DNA of 64,000 bases, taken from the NCBI GenBank assembly GCA_050949345.1, contig JBMNFN010000001.1, positions 1,218,931 through 1,282,930 on the forward strand, given 5' to 3'. Every line of letters begins with the position of its first letter. Position 1 is the first letter of the stretch. The DNA comes from Anaerolineae bacterium (GTDB taxonomy: Bacteria > Chloroflexota > Anaerolineae > UBA1429). Below the pieces are notes generated by a model. It made no database searches, was not told the DNA's origin, and saw nothing but the letters and a program-made list of their open reading frames with translations. The translations under genes were made by a program, and so were the position numbers. Positions 11,736-20,707 of this stretch are shown here, piece after piece.

Positions 11736-13399
11736 TCGACGCTGACATCCGTGCCGCGCTCTGCGCCGCGCTCCGCCATGCACAGCAAAAGGGCGCCCTG
11801 CCCGCCTTTGACTTGCCCGCGGACGTGCCGGTGGAGCATCCCCGTGATGCCGCTTTGGGCGATTACGCCACGCCGGTCTGCATGCAGCTGGCTCGCCTGG
11901 CGCGCATGGCACCGATCAAGATCGCCCAAGCCGTAGTGGAGCATCTGCAATTGCCCGCAGCCATTGACGAGGCAACCGTTGCTGCGCCGGGCTTTATCAA
12001 CTTTCGGCTGGCACAGCGCTGGCTGCAGGGGCAGGTGAACGCCATTCTGGAGGCAGGCGACACGCTGGGCACGCTCACTCTGGGAACCGGACAAAGGGTG
12101 CAGGTGGAGTATGTCAGCGCCAACCCCACGGGCCCGCTGCACATGGGCTCGGCGCGAAACGCAGTTCTGGGTGATGCCCTGGCGTCGGTGCTGCAGGTGG
12201 CGGGTTACACGGTTCAGCGCGAGTATTATGTCAATGATGCGGGCGCACGCATGCGCATGTTCTATGCCACTGCCTATGCACGCTATGCCCAGGCTCTGGG
12301 ACGGACCGAGTTCGAGGTCCCCGAGGACGGCTACCACGGCGCCTACATGGTAGCCATTGGTGAGCAGCTGGCTGCTGAACACGGCGCACGCTTCCTCGAG
12401 TTGGGCGAGGAGGCGGGGTCACAGGCGGTGGGCGAACTGGCGTTGAACCAAGTACTCGCCGAAGCGCGGAATGACCTCGCCGCGATGGGCGTATCCTACG
12501 ATCGGTGGTTCTCTGAACGCACACTCTATCAGCAGGGTCAGTACGATGCGATCATGTCGCTGCTGCGGCAGGGCGGCCATCTGGATTTGCATGACGGCGC
12601 CGTATGGTTCAACGCAACGGCCTTTGGTGGCTCCAAGGATGAAGTGATCGTGCGTTCGGACGGGACGCCCGGATACTTTGCGTCAGATATTGCCTATCAC
12701 TATAACAAGTTCGTCGAGCGTGGATTCGACCGCGTCATCGATGTGTGGGGAGCGGACCATCAGGGGCACGTTGCCCGCATGCACTCTATGATGCAGGCGC
12801 TGGGGCTCGATCCGGCACGGCTGACGGTGCTTTTATATCAGCTGGTGACGCTGAAGCGTGGCGGGGAGATTGTCCGGCTGTCCAAGCGGACAGGGGACAT
12901 CATCACTCTGCGTGAGGTCGTCGATGAAGTCGGCGCCGACGCCATGCGTTACTTTATGCTCTCGCGTTCCGCCGACAGCCAGATGGAGTTTGACCTGGAT
13001 CTGGCAGTTGCCCAGTCGGACGAGAACCCCGTGTTTTACATTCAGTATGCCCATGCACGCATCTGCTCCATCCTGCGACATGGAGAGATCGTCTCCGACG
13101 AACAGGCCGACCTCAGCCTGCTCACTCATCCTGCCGAGCTGACGCTGATCCGTCGCATGGTACGCCTGCCAGAGATCATTCAACTGGCGGCAGAGCAGCT
13201 GGCGCCGCACCATTTGGCATACTATGCCTATGACCTGGCCGCCGATTTGCACGCCTTTTACCGCGATTGCCGCGTGGTGAGCTCCAACCCGGAGGACCTC
13301 CCTCAGAGCACCGCCCGTCTCCGACTGGTGCGGGCCTGCCAGGTGGTTCTGAAGCGGGTGTTGGACATCATGGGGATGAGCGCCCCGGAGGTGATGTAG
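11732..13399 (+). CDS. argS: Arginyl-tRNA synthetase
   Basis: 555 aa. Class I HIGH-type motif (SANPTGPLHMGSARNAVLGD), an Arg-tRNA synthetase N domain and DALR anticodon-binding C-terminus (YAYDLAADLHAFY). Confidence 0.9.
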   Translation: MIDADIRAALCAALRHAQQKGALPAFDLPADVPVEHPRDAALGDYATPVCMQLARLARMAPIKIAQAVVEHLQLPAAIDEATVAAPGFINFRLAQRWLQGQVNAILEAGDTLGTLTLGTGQRVQVEYVSANPTGPLHMGSARNAVLGDALASVLQVAGYTVQREYYVNDAGARMRMFYATAYARYAQALGRTEFEVPEDGYHGAYMVAIGEQLAAEHGARFLELGEEAGSQAVGELALNQVLAEARNDLAAMGVSYDRWFSERTLYQQGQYDAIMSLLRQGGHLDLHDGAVWFNATAFGGSKDEVIVRSDGTPGYFASDIAYHYNKFVERGFDRVIDVWGADHQGHVARMHSMMQALGLDPARLTVLLYQLVTLKRGGEIVRLSKRTGDIITLREVVDEVGADAMRYFMLSRSADSQMEFDLDLAVAQSDENPVFYIQYAHARICSILRHGEIVSDEQADLSLLTHPAELTLIRRMVRLPEIIQLAAEQLAPHHLAYYAYDLAADLHAFYRDCRVVSSNPEDLPQSTARLRLVRACQVVLKRVLDIMGMSAPEVM

Positions 13400-13434
13400 C
13401 CCGCACGGGGGTCGCAGGGTCCATCCCGTCAACC

Positions 13435-13463
13435 TTTGACCGCAGACGGGGCCTGTGGTAAAC
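13435..13463 (+). promoter_or_regulatory. Candidate promoter for tRNA-Val: TTGACC, 17 nt spacer, TAAACT
   Basis: TTGACC at 13435-13440, a 17-nt spacer, TAAACT at 13458-13463. The tRNA 5' end follows about 28 nt downstream. Confidence 0.35.
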
Positions 13464-13490
13464 TATTCGGGATCAGATTGACCGTGCCCC

Positions 13491-13563
13491 GGGCGAATAG
13501 CTCAGCCGGGAGAGCACTTCCCTTACAAGGAAGGGGTCACAGGTTCGAGCCCTGTTTCGCCCA
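13491..13563 (+). tRNA. tRNA-Val (anticodon TAC)
   Basis: GGGCGAATAGCTCAGCCGGGAGAGCACTTCCCTTACAAGGAAGGGGTCACAGGTTCGAGCCCTGTTTCGCCCA. It has a 7-bp acceptor stem, D arm GCTC/GAGC, anticodon stem CTTCC/GGAAG with loop CTTACAA (U33, anticodon TAC, A37), T arm ACAGG-TTCGAGC-CCTGT, and no encoded CCA. Confidence 0.9.
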
Positions 13564-13573
13564 CTGATCCACC

Positions 13574-13607
13574 AGGCTTCGGCCACCCTGAGCCGGAGCC
13601 TTTTTTT
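13574..13607 (+). terminator. Rho-independent terminator after argS and tRNA-Val
   Basis: 10-bp stem AGGCTTCGGC/GCCGGAGCCT with one G-U pair, an 8-nt loop, then TTTTTTT. Confidence 0.6.
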
Positions 13608-13642
13608 ATATGGCGATGCCGCCCATAGACCGGAGGGGACAG

Positions 13643-15352
13643 ATGGCCCGAGTCCGTAGAATGCGAACCCAGGAGCCCACTTACTGGAAAAGCGACTTTC
13701 GGGTCACGGAGCAGGAACTGGATTTCCTGACGGGCGTGATCCTGGAGCGCGGCCAACCCGCGTCGTTGGATACGCTGGTTACCGCACTGATGTTCCAATT
13801 GATCCAGACTGAAAAAGAGCGCGCTGCGCGGCAGGTAAGCGACGGCGAGGTGTACAGACCCGCCGATACTTATGAGACAGGCCAGACGTTATACTTTACC
13901 GATCGTGACATGGCCACTGCCACAGTGGTCTCGACCAGGCCCGGTGTCAATCCTCGCTACGATGCCTTTACGGTGGTACGGGTAGCGTTTCAGGACGGCA
14001 CCGAAGCCGAGTTCGCATCGGGACTGGATATCGAGCACCCCCTCAACCGTCCGCTGGACGAACTGGTGGGCGCCAGCGAGGAGGATCTCGCGGATGAAGA
14101 GATCCTCGCCACCTATGCACCGTATGTAGCCCCAGTGGTTGAACAGGCCCTGCACCAGGACCACGGATGGATCCACTTTGACGGGGTGTGGTTTCTAAAC
14201 GAGCTCCTGCCCGAGTTTCACGTGGGCCACCTCAACCTGGCAGAGGCAGCCATTTACGAGGCCGGTGTGCCGCTTCCCGTGTCAGAGATGTTGGCGCGTC
14301 TCGACCTGGGGCTGGCAGGATCGCAACAGGCACAGCTCTTTTCCTTGAACCACGCCCTGGCGAATGACGAGCGTTTCATCAATGTGGGCACTCGCACCGC
14401 CCAGAACTGGTTCTTGCGGGCGTTGATGCCTGCCGCAGCCGTGGCGCGCCCGGCGGTCCATGCCGAGCCTTTTCGGCCCGAGGGCCACGAGTATGTGGGG
14501 CTGACCATGCTCGATGTCATCGAGGCGCTGGGTGACGAGTTGGACAGCCTGCCCGGTGCCTCGATCAATGAGGGCCGTGATATCGCCTTCCAAGTGTCCT
14601 TTCCGCATCTCTATGCCGGCACCATGCCCGCAGGGCGCCGCCTGCTGGCGCTGTTCACGTATGAACAAGGCCAGCGCCTGCCCATCACCCTGGTGGACGG
14701 TCGAAATGGCAAGAGCTTTTCCGCCTGGCTGGTTCCCGATGAGGGCTATGTTGCCGGACTGGGTGATTGGTACAAGCAGGTAGGCATGGTGGTGGGAGGA
14801 CTGGTGACCGTCACCAACTCCGACCAGCCCAACACGCTCAAGCTCTCCGTCACGGTGCCCCGCAGCAGCAGCAGCGGCTGGGTGCGGCAGGCATCGGTGG
14901 ATGACAACGCGCTGGTGCTGCAGATGCAGCTGGGACGTATCGGCGTGCGGCACGATGCGGCCACACTCATCGATGTGGCCGATCCCGCTGCGATAGCCGG
15001 TTTGATGGCACGCACACTCGAGTCAGATCGCAGCCTCTACGCGCTGGTCAAGGCGGTGTTTGCAGAGCTGGCCAAACTCAGCCCGCAGGGAGTGGCCTCG
15101 TGCCAGGCACTCTATTCGGCGGTGAACATGTATCACCGTTCGGGAGCGGTTCCCGTGTTCGCCATCCTCACCCGCAGTGCCTGTTTTGATCCGGTTGGCT
15201 CTGGCGACTGGGCCTATGATGGTTCCCTCGAGGGTACCGAATACGAGACGCCAGATGACATGCGCGAGCGGCCCCTCTCCCGTCGAAACGATCTCGCCCG
15301 CGATCAGGTAGTGCACTATGCTGCAACCGGGGAGGCAAGTGATGGCGCTTAG
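13643..15352 (+). CDS. Hypothetical protein (569 aa). No family recognised.
   Basis: Long ORF with high-GC codon bias. The best start is the ATG at 13643 (M12 of the track ORF), with GGAGGGGACAG upstream. The track start at 13610 sits directly on the terminator T-tract with no RBS. No TM segments or catalytic motifs recognised. Confidence 0.6.
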   Translation: MARVRRMRTQEPTYWKSDFRVTEQELDFLTGVILERGQPASLDTLVTALMFQLIQTEKERAARQVSDGEVYRPADTYETGQTLYFTDRDMATATVVSTRPGVNPRYDAFTVVRVAFQDGTEAEFASGLDIEHPLNRPLDELVGASEEDLADEEILATYAPYVAPVVEQALHQDHGWIHFDGVWFLNELLPEFHVGHLNLAEAAIYEAGVPLPVSEMLARLDLGLAGSQQAQLFSLNHALANDERFINVGTRTAQNWFLRALMPAAAVARPAVHAEPFRPEGHEYVGLTMLDVIEALGDELDSLPGASINEGRDIAFQVSFPHLYAGTMPAGRRLLALFTYEQGQRLPITLVDGRNGKSFSAWLVPDEGYVAGLGDWYKQVGMVVGGLVTVTNSDQPNTLKLSVTVPRSSSSGWVRQASVDDNALVLQMQLGRIGVRHDAATLIDVADPAAIAGLMARTLESDRSLYALVKAVFAELAKLSPQGVASCQALYSAVNMYHRSGAVPVFAILTRSACFDPVGSGDWAYDGSLEGTEYETPDDMRERPLSRRNDLARDQVVHYAATGEASDGA

Positions 15353-15767
15353 ATGGCAACGTCCAACGCTGGACACCCGTTTTCATATCGACCTCAGCTG
15401 GTGGGTAGAGCAGGGACGCGATATTCGGGTCTATTTGGCCGACCTGCTTTGTGACGAATGCGCCGGTACCCTTACCCAGTTATCCGCCGACCAGATGATC
15501 GATTCTGTGAATCCTCAAACTGGTGAAGTACATCAGGTCGACCCGCTGTGGGACTCTCTGATTTCGTGCTGCTCGCACAAGCCCGAATATCTGTCCGACG
15601 ACATTCCCATCGTGGACGGGGTATTCAGGATCCTGGTAGCCAACGGCAACCGGGCATTGAGCGTACGCGAGCTGCACGAACGCCTGGGCAAACGTTCGCC
15701 AGAGGTCATTCTGCGGACGCTGACCGCAGGAGAGGTCTACCTGGGCCTGCGGCCCTATCGTGCCTGA
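15342..15767 (+). CDS. Hypothetical protein (141 aa) with CxxC...CCxH cysteine motifs
   Basis: The ATG at 15342 is preceded by GGAGG with a 6-nt spacer. It overlaps the upstream gene by 11 nt. Contains LCDECAG and ISCCSHKP, a possible Zn-binding site. No family recognised. Confidence 0.5.
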   Translation: MALRWQRPTLDTRFHIDLSWWVEQGRDIRVYLADLLCDECAGTLTQLSADQMIDSVNPQTGEVHQVDPLWDSLISCCSHKPEYLSDDIPIVDGVFRILVANGNRALSVRELHERLGKRSPEVILRTLTAGEVYLGLRPYRA

Positions 15768-15793
15768 TTGCGCGGTTCGCCCGCGCAGCATGT

Positions 15794-15830
15794 TGGGGCA
15801 GCGCCTCGTGGAGGGCTGCCCCATTTGTGT
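15794..15830 (+). terminator. Hairpin terminator after the hypothetical gene pair
   Basis: GGGGCAGC-N12-GCTGCCCC, an 8-bp GC stem, followed by ATTTGTGTG. Confidence 0.4.
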
Positions 15831-15869
15831 GACCATTACCCGCACCAGACTGCGATGGAGGGCTTGGCG

Positions 15870-18437
15870 ATGAGGACGGGCGACTTGCCCCGTTGGCAGA
15901 TCGTAGCCTTGGTCTGCCTCGTCGCCATCCTGTTCTTTGCCTACCTGCCGCTCACCCAGAGTGTGTTCTTTGGCGGGGACCTGGTGCGCCTCTATCTGCC
16001 GCAGCAGACCATTGTGGCAACGGCCCTGAGGCAGCGAGAGTTGGCCTGGTGGGCACCTGATATCGGTGCGGGATACCCGCTGCTCGCTGAAGGCGAGTCG
16101 GGAGCACTGTATCCCCTCAACCTGTTGCTGCATCTGTGGCTGCCTCCCGAAGTCGTACTGACCGTTTCGGTCTTGCTGCACCTGGCTCTGGCAGGATGGG
16201 GCGGCGCCGCCCTGGCGCGTTCTCTGGGGCTCTCCCGAGGCGGTGCACTGCTGACAGGGCTGACCTATGCGCTGGGAGGATTCACCATTGCCCACGCCAG
16301 CCACGTCGCCATCATCAGCGTCACTGCCTGGTTCCCCTGGATGCTGGCAGCCATCCAGCACATGAGCCTTGAGGATGGTGTCCGAGCCCGATGTGGCTGG
16401 ACCGTAGCGCTGGTGACTGCGGTTGCGCTTCAATTCCTGGCAGGCCACGCGCAGATGTCGCTGCTTCTGCTGCTGCCTGCAGCCGCCTGGACGATGTATC
16501 TCTGCCTGCGGAAACGGTACAAGGGTGGCGCGCTGCGACTGGGACTGATGGTTCTTGCCGGCGTGGGGCTGGGGGTTGTTCTGGCAGGGCCGCAGTTGCT
16601 GGCCTCTGTGGAGTTGGCCGGTCTCTCGCAGCGGGCCAGCGGCGTAGACAGCGCTTTCTTTACCAGCTTTTCCTTCCACCCGCTCCTGACGGCCACCTTC
16701 CTCACACCCTTTATCCTCGGCAACCCCTACCCCACTGGCTCGGTAGAGCTGATGGGCTACTGTGGATTACTGACGGTGTTGCTCGCCTGGCTGGCAATCC
16801 TGTACAGCCATCGGCGTGGACGCTGGGCCTGGGTGACGCTGGGTTTGGTGGGGTTGCTGCTGGCCCTGGGTCGGTGGAACCCACTCTACGGGCTGCTGGC
16901 AAGGGTGCCGGTGGTCAATCTCTTTCGCGTGCCGGCACGCTACCTGCTGTGGACAAGCCTGGCGCTGGCGGTGCTGGCCGGCGAGGGGCTCGACACGCTC
17001 CTTGAGCGGGGGTCTGATCTCCGTCGGCTCCCCGCATGGGTCCTTGCACCGGCGCTCCTCTCGCTGAGCACCATTGTTGCAGCTACCCTCGCCACAGACG
17101 CCGATACGTTGATCGCCTGGTGGCGCTGGTTTCCTTTGGTGCACCTGGCCAGCGCCCTGCTCTGGCTGAGGGGCACTCGCCACCTGCCAGGCCACCTCGC
17201 CGTGGCGCTGGCGATCCTCATCGTGACAGCGGATCTGTACGCCTATGGCTCTGTACTCAGGCTGACTTTTAACGGGGCACGTCCATTGGCAGAGATCCGC
17301 CAGACTCCGGCGCTGCTCTCTGTCTTGGAGGAAACGGGTCCGTTTCGCACCTGGACCACTGAAACGATCGTGCCCACGGGCACGGTGCAGCGTGCTTCGT
17401 TGTATCCCAACATCGGCGCCGGCTATGGCGTAGCCGGGGCCAGCCTGTACATGCCCCTCGTGCCGCGGACCTATGGGGCCTATGTGGCCGACCCGGACGC
17501 CACGACCCTGGACCGACTGAATGTGCGCTATGTGCTGATCCCCCAGGTCCTGCCCACGGACGAAACCGCCGAGCTCTATGACGTGTCGGATCCTTTTGCC
17601 TCGCTGCCATACAACCTCACTCACGAGGTCGCCGTGACCGATGTGGTCACGCTGCAGGTGGAATCTTTTCTGAGCCATGCCGCTGCACTGGAGCAGGGCA
17701 CCCTGGTGGCATCGCTGCACCTGGAACGAGCTCGGGGCGCCCCCCTGGTGCTGCAGCTCCGTGCCGGCATGGAGACGGCTGAGTGGGCCCTTGAGCGAGA
17801 AGACGTGACCAGAGAGGCGCGGCACGGCATGGCACCAGTGGCCAGCACTTTTCCCGCCGTCTCAAGCTATCGCGCCGAGGCGCACCCGGGCCACGTCTAC
17901 CAGGCCAGCTGGACGCTGGAGTCCCCGGCGGACATCACCTCCTTCAGGATCGAGAATGTGATCCCAGAGGCCTTTGTCCGTATCGAGAGCATTCGCTTTA
18001 TCGACTCGATGGGGAGACAGGTGCTCGCCGGTCACCTGCTGGGCCGCGGAGACCACGAGATTGTGTACCGCTCGGAAGACGTGGTGGCCTACCGTAACAA
18101 TGACAGCTGGCCGCGTGCCTGGTGCCTGTCGGCAGGGCGTTTCTCTGTTTCCGGTCAACAAGTGGCCCTTGACGACGATCTGACTGCCAGCGACCTCCAG
18201 CCTGTCTCGATCGTGCAGTACGAGCCGACCCGCGTGACATTACAGGCTACCTGCAGCCGCGGCGATCTGCTGGTACTGGCCGACATGCACTATCCGGGCT
18301 GGGAGGCACAGATCGGCGATCACTCCACCGGCATTCTGACGGTGGACGGACTGTTTCGCGGTGTCGTCGTGCCCGCAGGCGACACTGACGTGGTGTTCCG
18401 CTACAATCCAAGCTGGCTGTGGTGGCGCCCTCGCTGA
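15870..18437 (+). CDS. YfhO-family polytopic membrane protein (putative glycosyl/lipid-linked sugar transferase)
   Basis: About 855 aa with more than 12 predicted TM helices in the N-terminal two-thirds, and the YfhO-type C-terminus ...DMHYPGWEAQIGD...VDGLFRGVVVPAGDTDVVFRYNPSW. The ATG at 15870 (M35) has GGAGGG 7 nt upstream. Confidence 0.7.
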   Translation: MRTGDLPRWQIVALVCLVAILFFAYLPLTQSVFFGGDLVRLYLPQQTIVATALRQRELAWWAPDIGAGYPLLAEGESGALYPLNLLLHLWLPPEVVLTVSVLLHLALAGWGGAALARSLGLSRGGALLTGLTYALGGFTIAHASHVAIISVTAWFPWMLAAIQHMSLEDGVRARCGWTVALVTAVALQFLAGHAQMSLLLLLPAAAWTMYLCLRKRYKGGALRLGLMVLAGVGLGVVLAGPQLLASVELAGLSQRASGVDSAFFTSFSFHPLLTATFLTPFILGNPYPTGSVELMGYCGLLTVLLAWLAILYSHRRGRWAWVTLGLVGLLLALGRWNPLYGLLARVPVVNLFRVPARYLLWTSLALAVLAGEGLDTLLERGSDLRRLPAWVLAPALLSLSTIVAATLATDADTLIAWWRWFPLVHLASALLWLRGTRHLPGHLAVALAILIVTADLYAYGSVLRLTFNGARPLAEIRQTPALLSVLEETGPFRTWTTETIVPTGTVQRASLYPNIGAGYGVAGASLYMPLVPRTYGAYVADPDATTLDRLNVRYVLIPQVLPTDETAELYDVSDPFASLPYNLTHEVAVTDVVTLQVESFLSHAAALEQGTLVASLHLERARGAPLVLQLRAGMETAEWALEREDVTREARHGMAPVASTFPAVSSYRAEAHPGHVYQASWTLESPADITSFRIENVIPEAFVRIESIRFIDSMGRQVLAGHLLGRGDHEIVYRSEDVVAYRNNDSWPRAWCLSAGRFSVSGQQVALDDDLTASDLQPVSIVQYEPTRVTLQATCSRGDLLVLADMHYPGWEAQIGDHSTGILTVDGLFRGVVVPAGDTDVVFRYNPSWLWWRPR

Positions 18438-18467
18438 GCGCCACACCCGGCCGGAAGGAGAATGAAC

Positions 18468-19535
18468 ATGCAGGATCGGATGATGGCAGCCGTGCTGTAC
18501 GGCGTCGGCGATGTGCGACTGGAGCAGCGCCCGGTACCTGTCCCCGGGGCCGGAGAGGTGTTGGTCCGGGTGCATCGAGTGGGCGTGTGTGGCAGTGACG
18601 TCCACTATTTCCGTGATGGTCGCATCGGGCACTATGTAGTGCAGGCGCCAATGGTCCTTGGGCACGAATCGGCTGGAGAGGTGGTTGCCCTGGGCAGCGA
18701 CGTCACCACCCTCAAGATTGGCGATCGTGTGGCGCTGGAGCCCGGATACACCTGCGGCACCTGCCGGTATTGCAAAAGCGGGCGTTACAACCTGTGCCCT
18801 GACGTCGTCTTTATGGCTACCCCACCCGTCGATGGCGCTTTGGCACAGTATGTCGCCTGGCCAGCAACGCACTGTTTTCCCCTGCCCGAGTCGATGACCA
18901 TGGATGATGGCGCCATGATGGAGCCACTGGCCGTGGGGCTGTGGGCAGTGGAGCGTGGAAGGGTACGGCCGGGCGACGTGGTGGCGGTGTTCGGCTGCGG
19001 GCCCATCGGTCTGCTCACCCTTCAAGCGGCAAGAACGGCTGGAGCTGCCAGGCTGATCGCGGTAGACATCGCCCCCGCCCGTCTGGCACACGCCCGACGC
19101 CTGGGTGCCACCGATGTTGTGGACGACCGGAGCGGGGATGCCACGGAGCAGATACGCCAACTGCTTGCCGGCTCGGGAGATGCCTGGAGCTCCATGGGCG
19201 TGGACGTGGCTCTTGAGACCGCCGGCTCGGTGCGCACCACGCGTAACACGCTCCAAGTGACCCGTCCTGGCGGAGTTGCCGTCCTTACCGGGTTGCCGGC
19301 ACAGCCCATGGTAGAGTTGGACATTGTCTCTGCCGCCAGCAAAGAGATCGACATTCGCGGGCAGTTTCGATACGCCAACCGGTATCCCCCCGCCATCGCC
19401 CTGGCAGGCAGTGGACGCATCGACGTGCGCTCACTGGTGACGCATCATTTTGACCTGATGCACGCCCAGGAGGCACTGGAGTTTGCCGATGCGCGCAAGG
19501 ATGTCGCCATCAAGGTGATGATCGACCTGGTCTAG
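18468..19535 (+). CDS. Zn-dependent alcohol/polyol dehydrogenase (MDR family, sorbitol/idonate-DH-like)
   Basis: GHESAGEV catalytic Zn motif, structural Zn Cys cluster CGTCRYCKSGRYNLC, and Rossmann GCGPIGLL. The second ATG (18468) has AAGGAG 7 nt upstream. Confidence 0.85.
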   Translation: MQDRMMAAVLYGVGDVRLEQRPVPVPGAGEVLVRVHRVGVCGSDVHYFRDGRIGHYVVQAPMVLGHESAGEVVALGSDVTTLKIGDRVALEPGYTCGTCRYCKSGRYNLCPDVVFMATPPVDGALAQYVAWPATHCFPLPESMTMDDGAMMEPLAVGLWAVERGRVRPGDVVAVFGCGPIGLLTLQAARTAGAARLIAVDIAPARLAHARRLGATDVVDDRSGDATEQIRQLLAGSGDAWSSMGVDVALETAGSVRTTRNTLQVTRPGGVAVLTGLPAQPMVELDIVSAASKEIDIRGQFRYANRYPPAIALAGSGRIDVRSLVTHHFDLMHAQEALEFADARKDVAIKVMIDLV

Positions 19536-19589
19536 ATGGCGCATGGGCAGGCGGGATGGGCGCACCAAGGATCGGCACTGTGAAACAGA

Positions 19590-19643
19590 ACACGCCCCGT
19601 TGCTCATATCCAGAGCAACGGGGCGTGTCTCGCTCACTTTTTG
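19590..19643. terminator. Bidirectional hairpin terminator between convergent genes
   Basis: A perfect 15-bp stem ACACGCCCCGTTGCT/AGCAACGGGGCGTGT with a 9-nt loop. It is followed by TTTTT on the plus strand and preceded by an A-run, which reads as T's on the minus strand. Confidence 0.6.
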
Positions 19644-19646
19644 TGG

Positions 19647-20693
19647 TCAGCGCGTCTCGGTTACCTTGTCGAGACCCTTGGGATTGTCCGGATCGAGCCC
19701 GTGGGCCAGCGCCAGATGGTATCCCAGAAGCTGGGCAGGGATGATGGCAGGTATGGGCGAGAGCCACTCGGGCACCGCCACGGGCAGCACCAGCTTGAGC
19801 TCCGCCGGGGCCGCCGTGTCGGCATCATCGGTCACGATGATCTGCTCCGCCCCTGCCTCCCCAAGCCTGCCGATGAGTTGACGGAGAGAATCCATGGTCG
19901 GGCCCTGGCATGCGATGGTCATCACGGGATAACCATTGCGCACAATCGAAATGGGCCCGTGCAAAAAATCAGCGGCCGAGTAGCCGGTGACGCTGGTATG
20001 CGTCAGTTCCTTGATCTTGAGCGCGGATTCCAGCGCAGTGGCATAGTTGTAGCCACGGGAAACCGTTACACATTGATCCATGAAGCGATAGCGCTCGGTG
20101 CGGCGGGCCAGTACTTGCTCCAGATCGAGCGCCGCACGAACGGCCTGGGGTACCAGCTCCAGCTCCTGCCACCAGCGCTCTTCTTCCGAGAGCGCCGCCG
20201 CCAGCATGGCGACGGCCATCAACTGTGCCGTATAGGATTTGGTCGCAGCAACGGCCCGCTCCTCACCGGCGGCCAATGGAACCACGCATTCGGCGGCCTC
20301 GGCCATCCGTGAAGCCGTGTTGTTGACCATGGCAGCCGTATAGATCCCCTGCTCACGGGCGTTCTGGAGCACCGCTACGATATCCGGAGACATGCCCGAC
20401 TGGGAGATACCCAGCACGAGAGTGTCCCTCGTGAGCCGAGGCGGACGATTGTAGAGCGTGTACAGTGAAGGCGCCGCCAATCCTACCGCCAGTTCAGTGG
20501 CGGTAGACAAGAGATACTTGGCGTACACCCCCGCATTGTCCGAGGTCCCTCGGGCCGCGATGAGGACATGGGCGATGCCGCGCTGCTTGATCTCGCGCGC
20601 CAGTCGCTCGATTGCAGAACGCCCCTCGTTCAGCAGGCCCTGCAGCACCACGGGCTGCTGTGCGATCTCCATGTGCAAGCGGGGCTCGGTCAC
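19647..20693 (-). CDS. SIS-domain sugar isomerase/deaminase (GlmS C-terminal-like, AgaS/NagB-II family)
   Basis: Two SIS repeats (LIAARGTSDNAG..., LVLGISQSGMSPD... and ...SRGYNYATALESALKIKE). The GTG at 20693 has GGGAGG 7 nt upstream. An alternative start is the ATG at 20672. Confidence 0.7.
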   Translation of the reverse strand: MTEPRLHMEIAQQPVVLQGLLNEGRSAIERLAREIKQRGIAHVLIAARGTSDNAGVYAKYLLSTATELAVGLAAPSLYTLYNRPPRLTRDTLVLGISQSGMSPDIVAVLQNAREQGIYTAAMVNNTASRMAEAAECVVPLAAGEERAVAATKSYTAQLMAVAMLAAALSEEERWWQELELVPQAVRAALDLEQVLARRTERYRFMDQCVTVSRGYNYATALESALKIKELTHTSVTGYSAADFLHGPISIVRNGYPVMTIACQGPTMDSLRQLIGRLGEAGAEQIIVTDDADTAAPAELKLVLPVAVPEWLSPIPAIIPAQLLGYHLALAHGLDPDNPKGLDKVTETR

Positions 20694-20707
20694 AACGCTG
20701 CCTCCCA

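Noticed and set aside
13523-13798. A 91-aa minus-strand ORF overlapping tRNA-Val and its terminator.
   Set aside because: It overlaps a well-formed tRNA and an intrinsic terminator, and its translation has no features. It is spurious.
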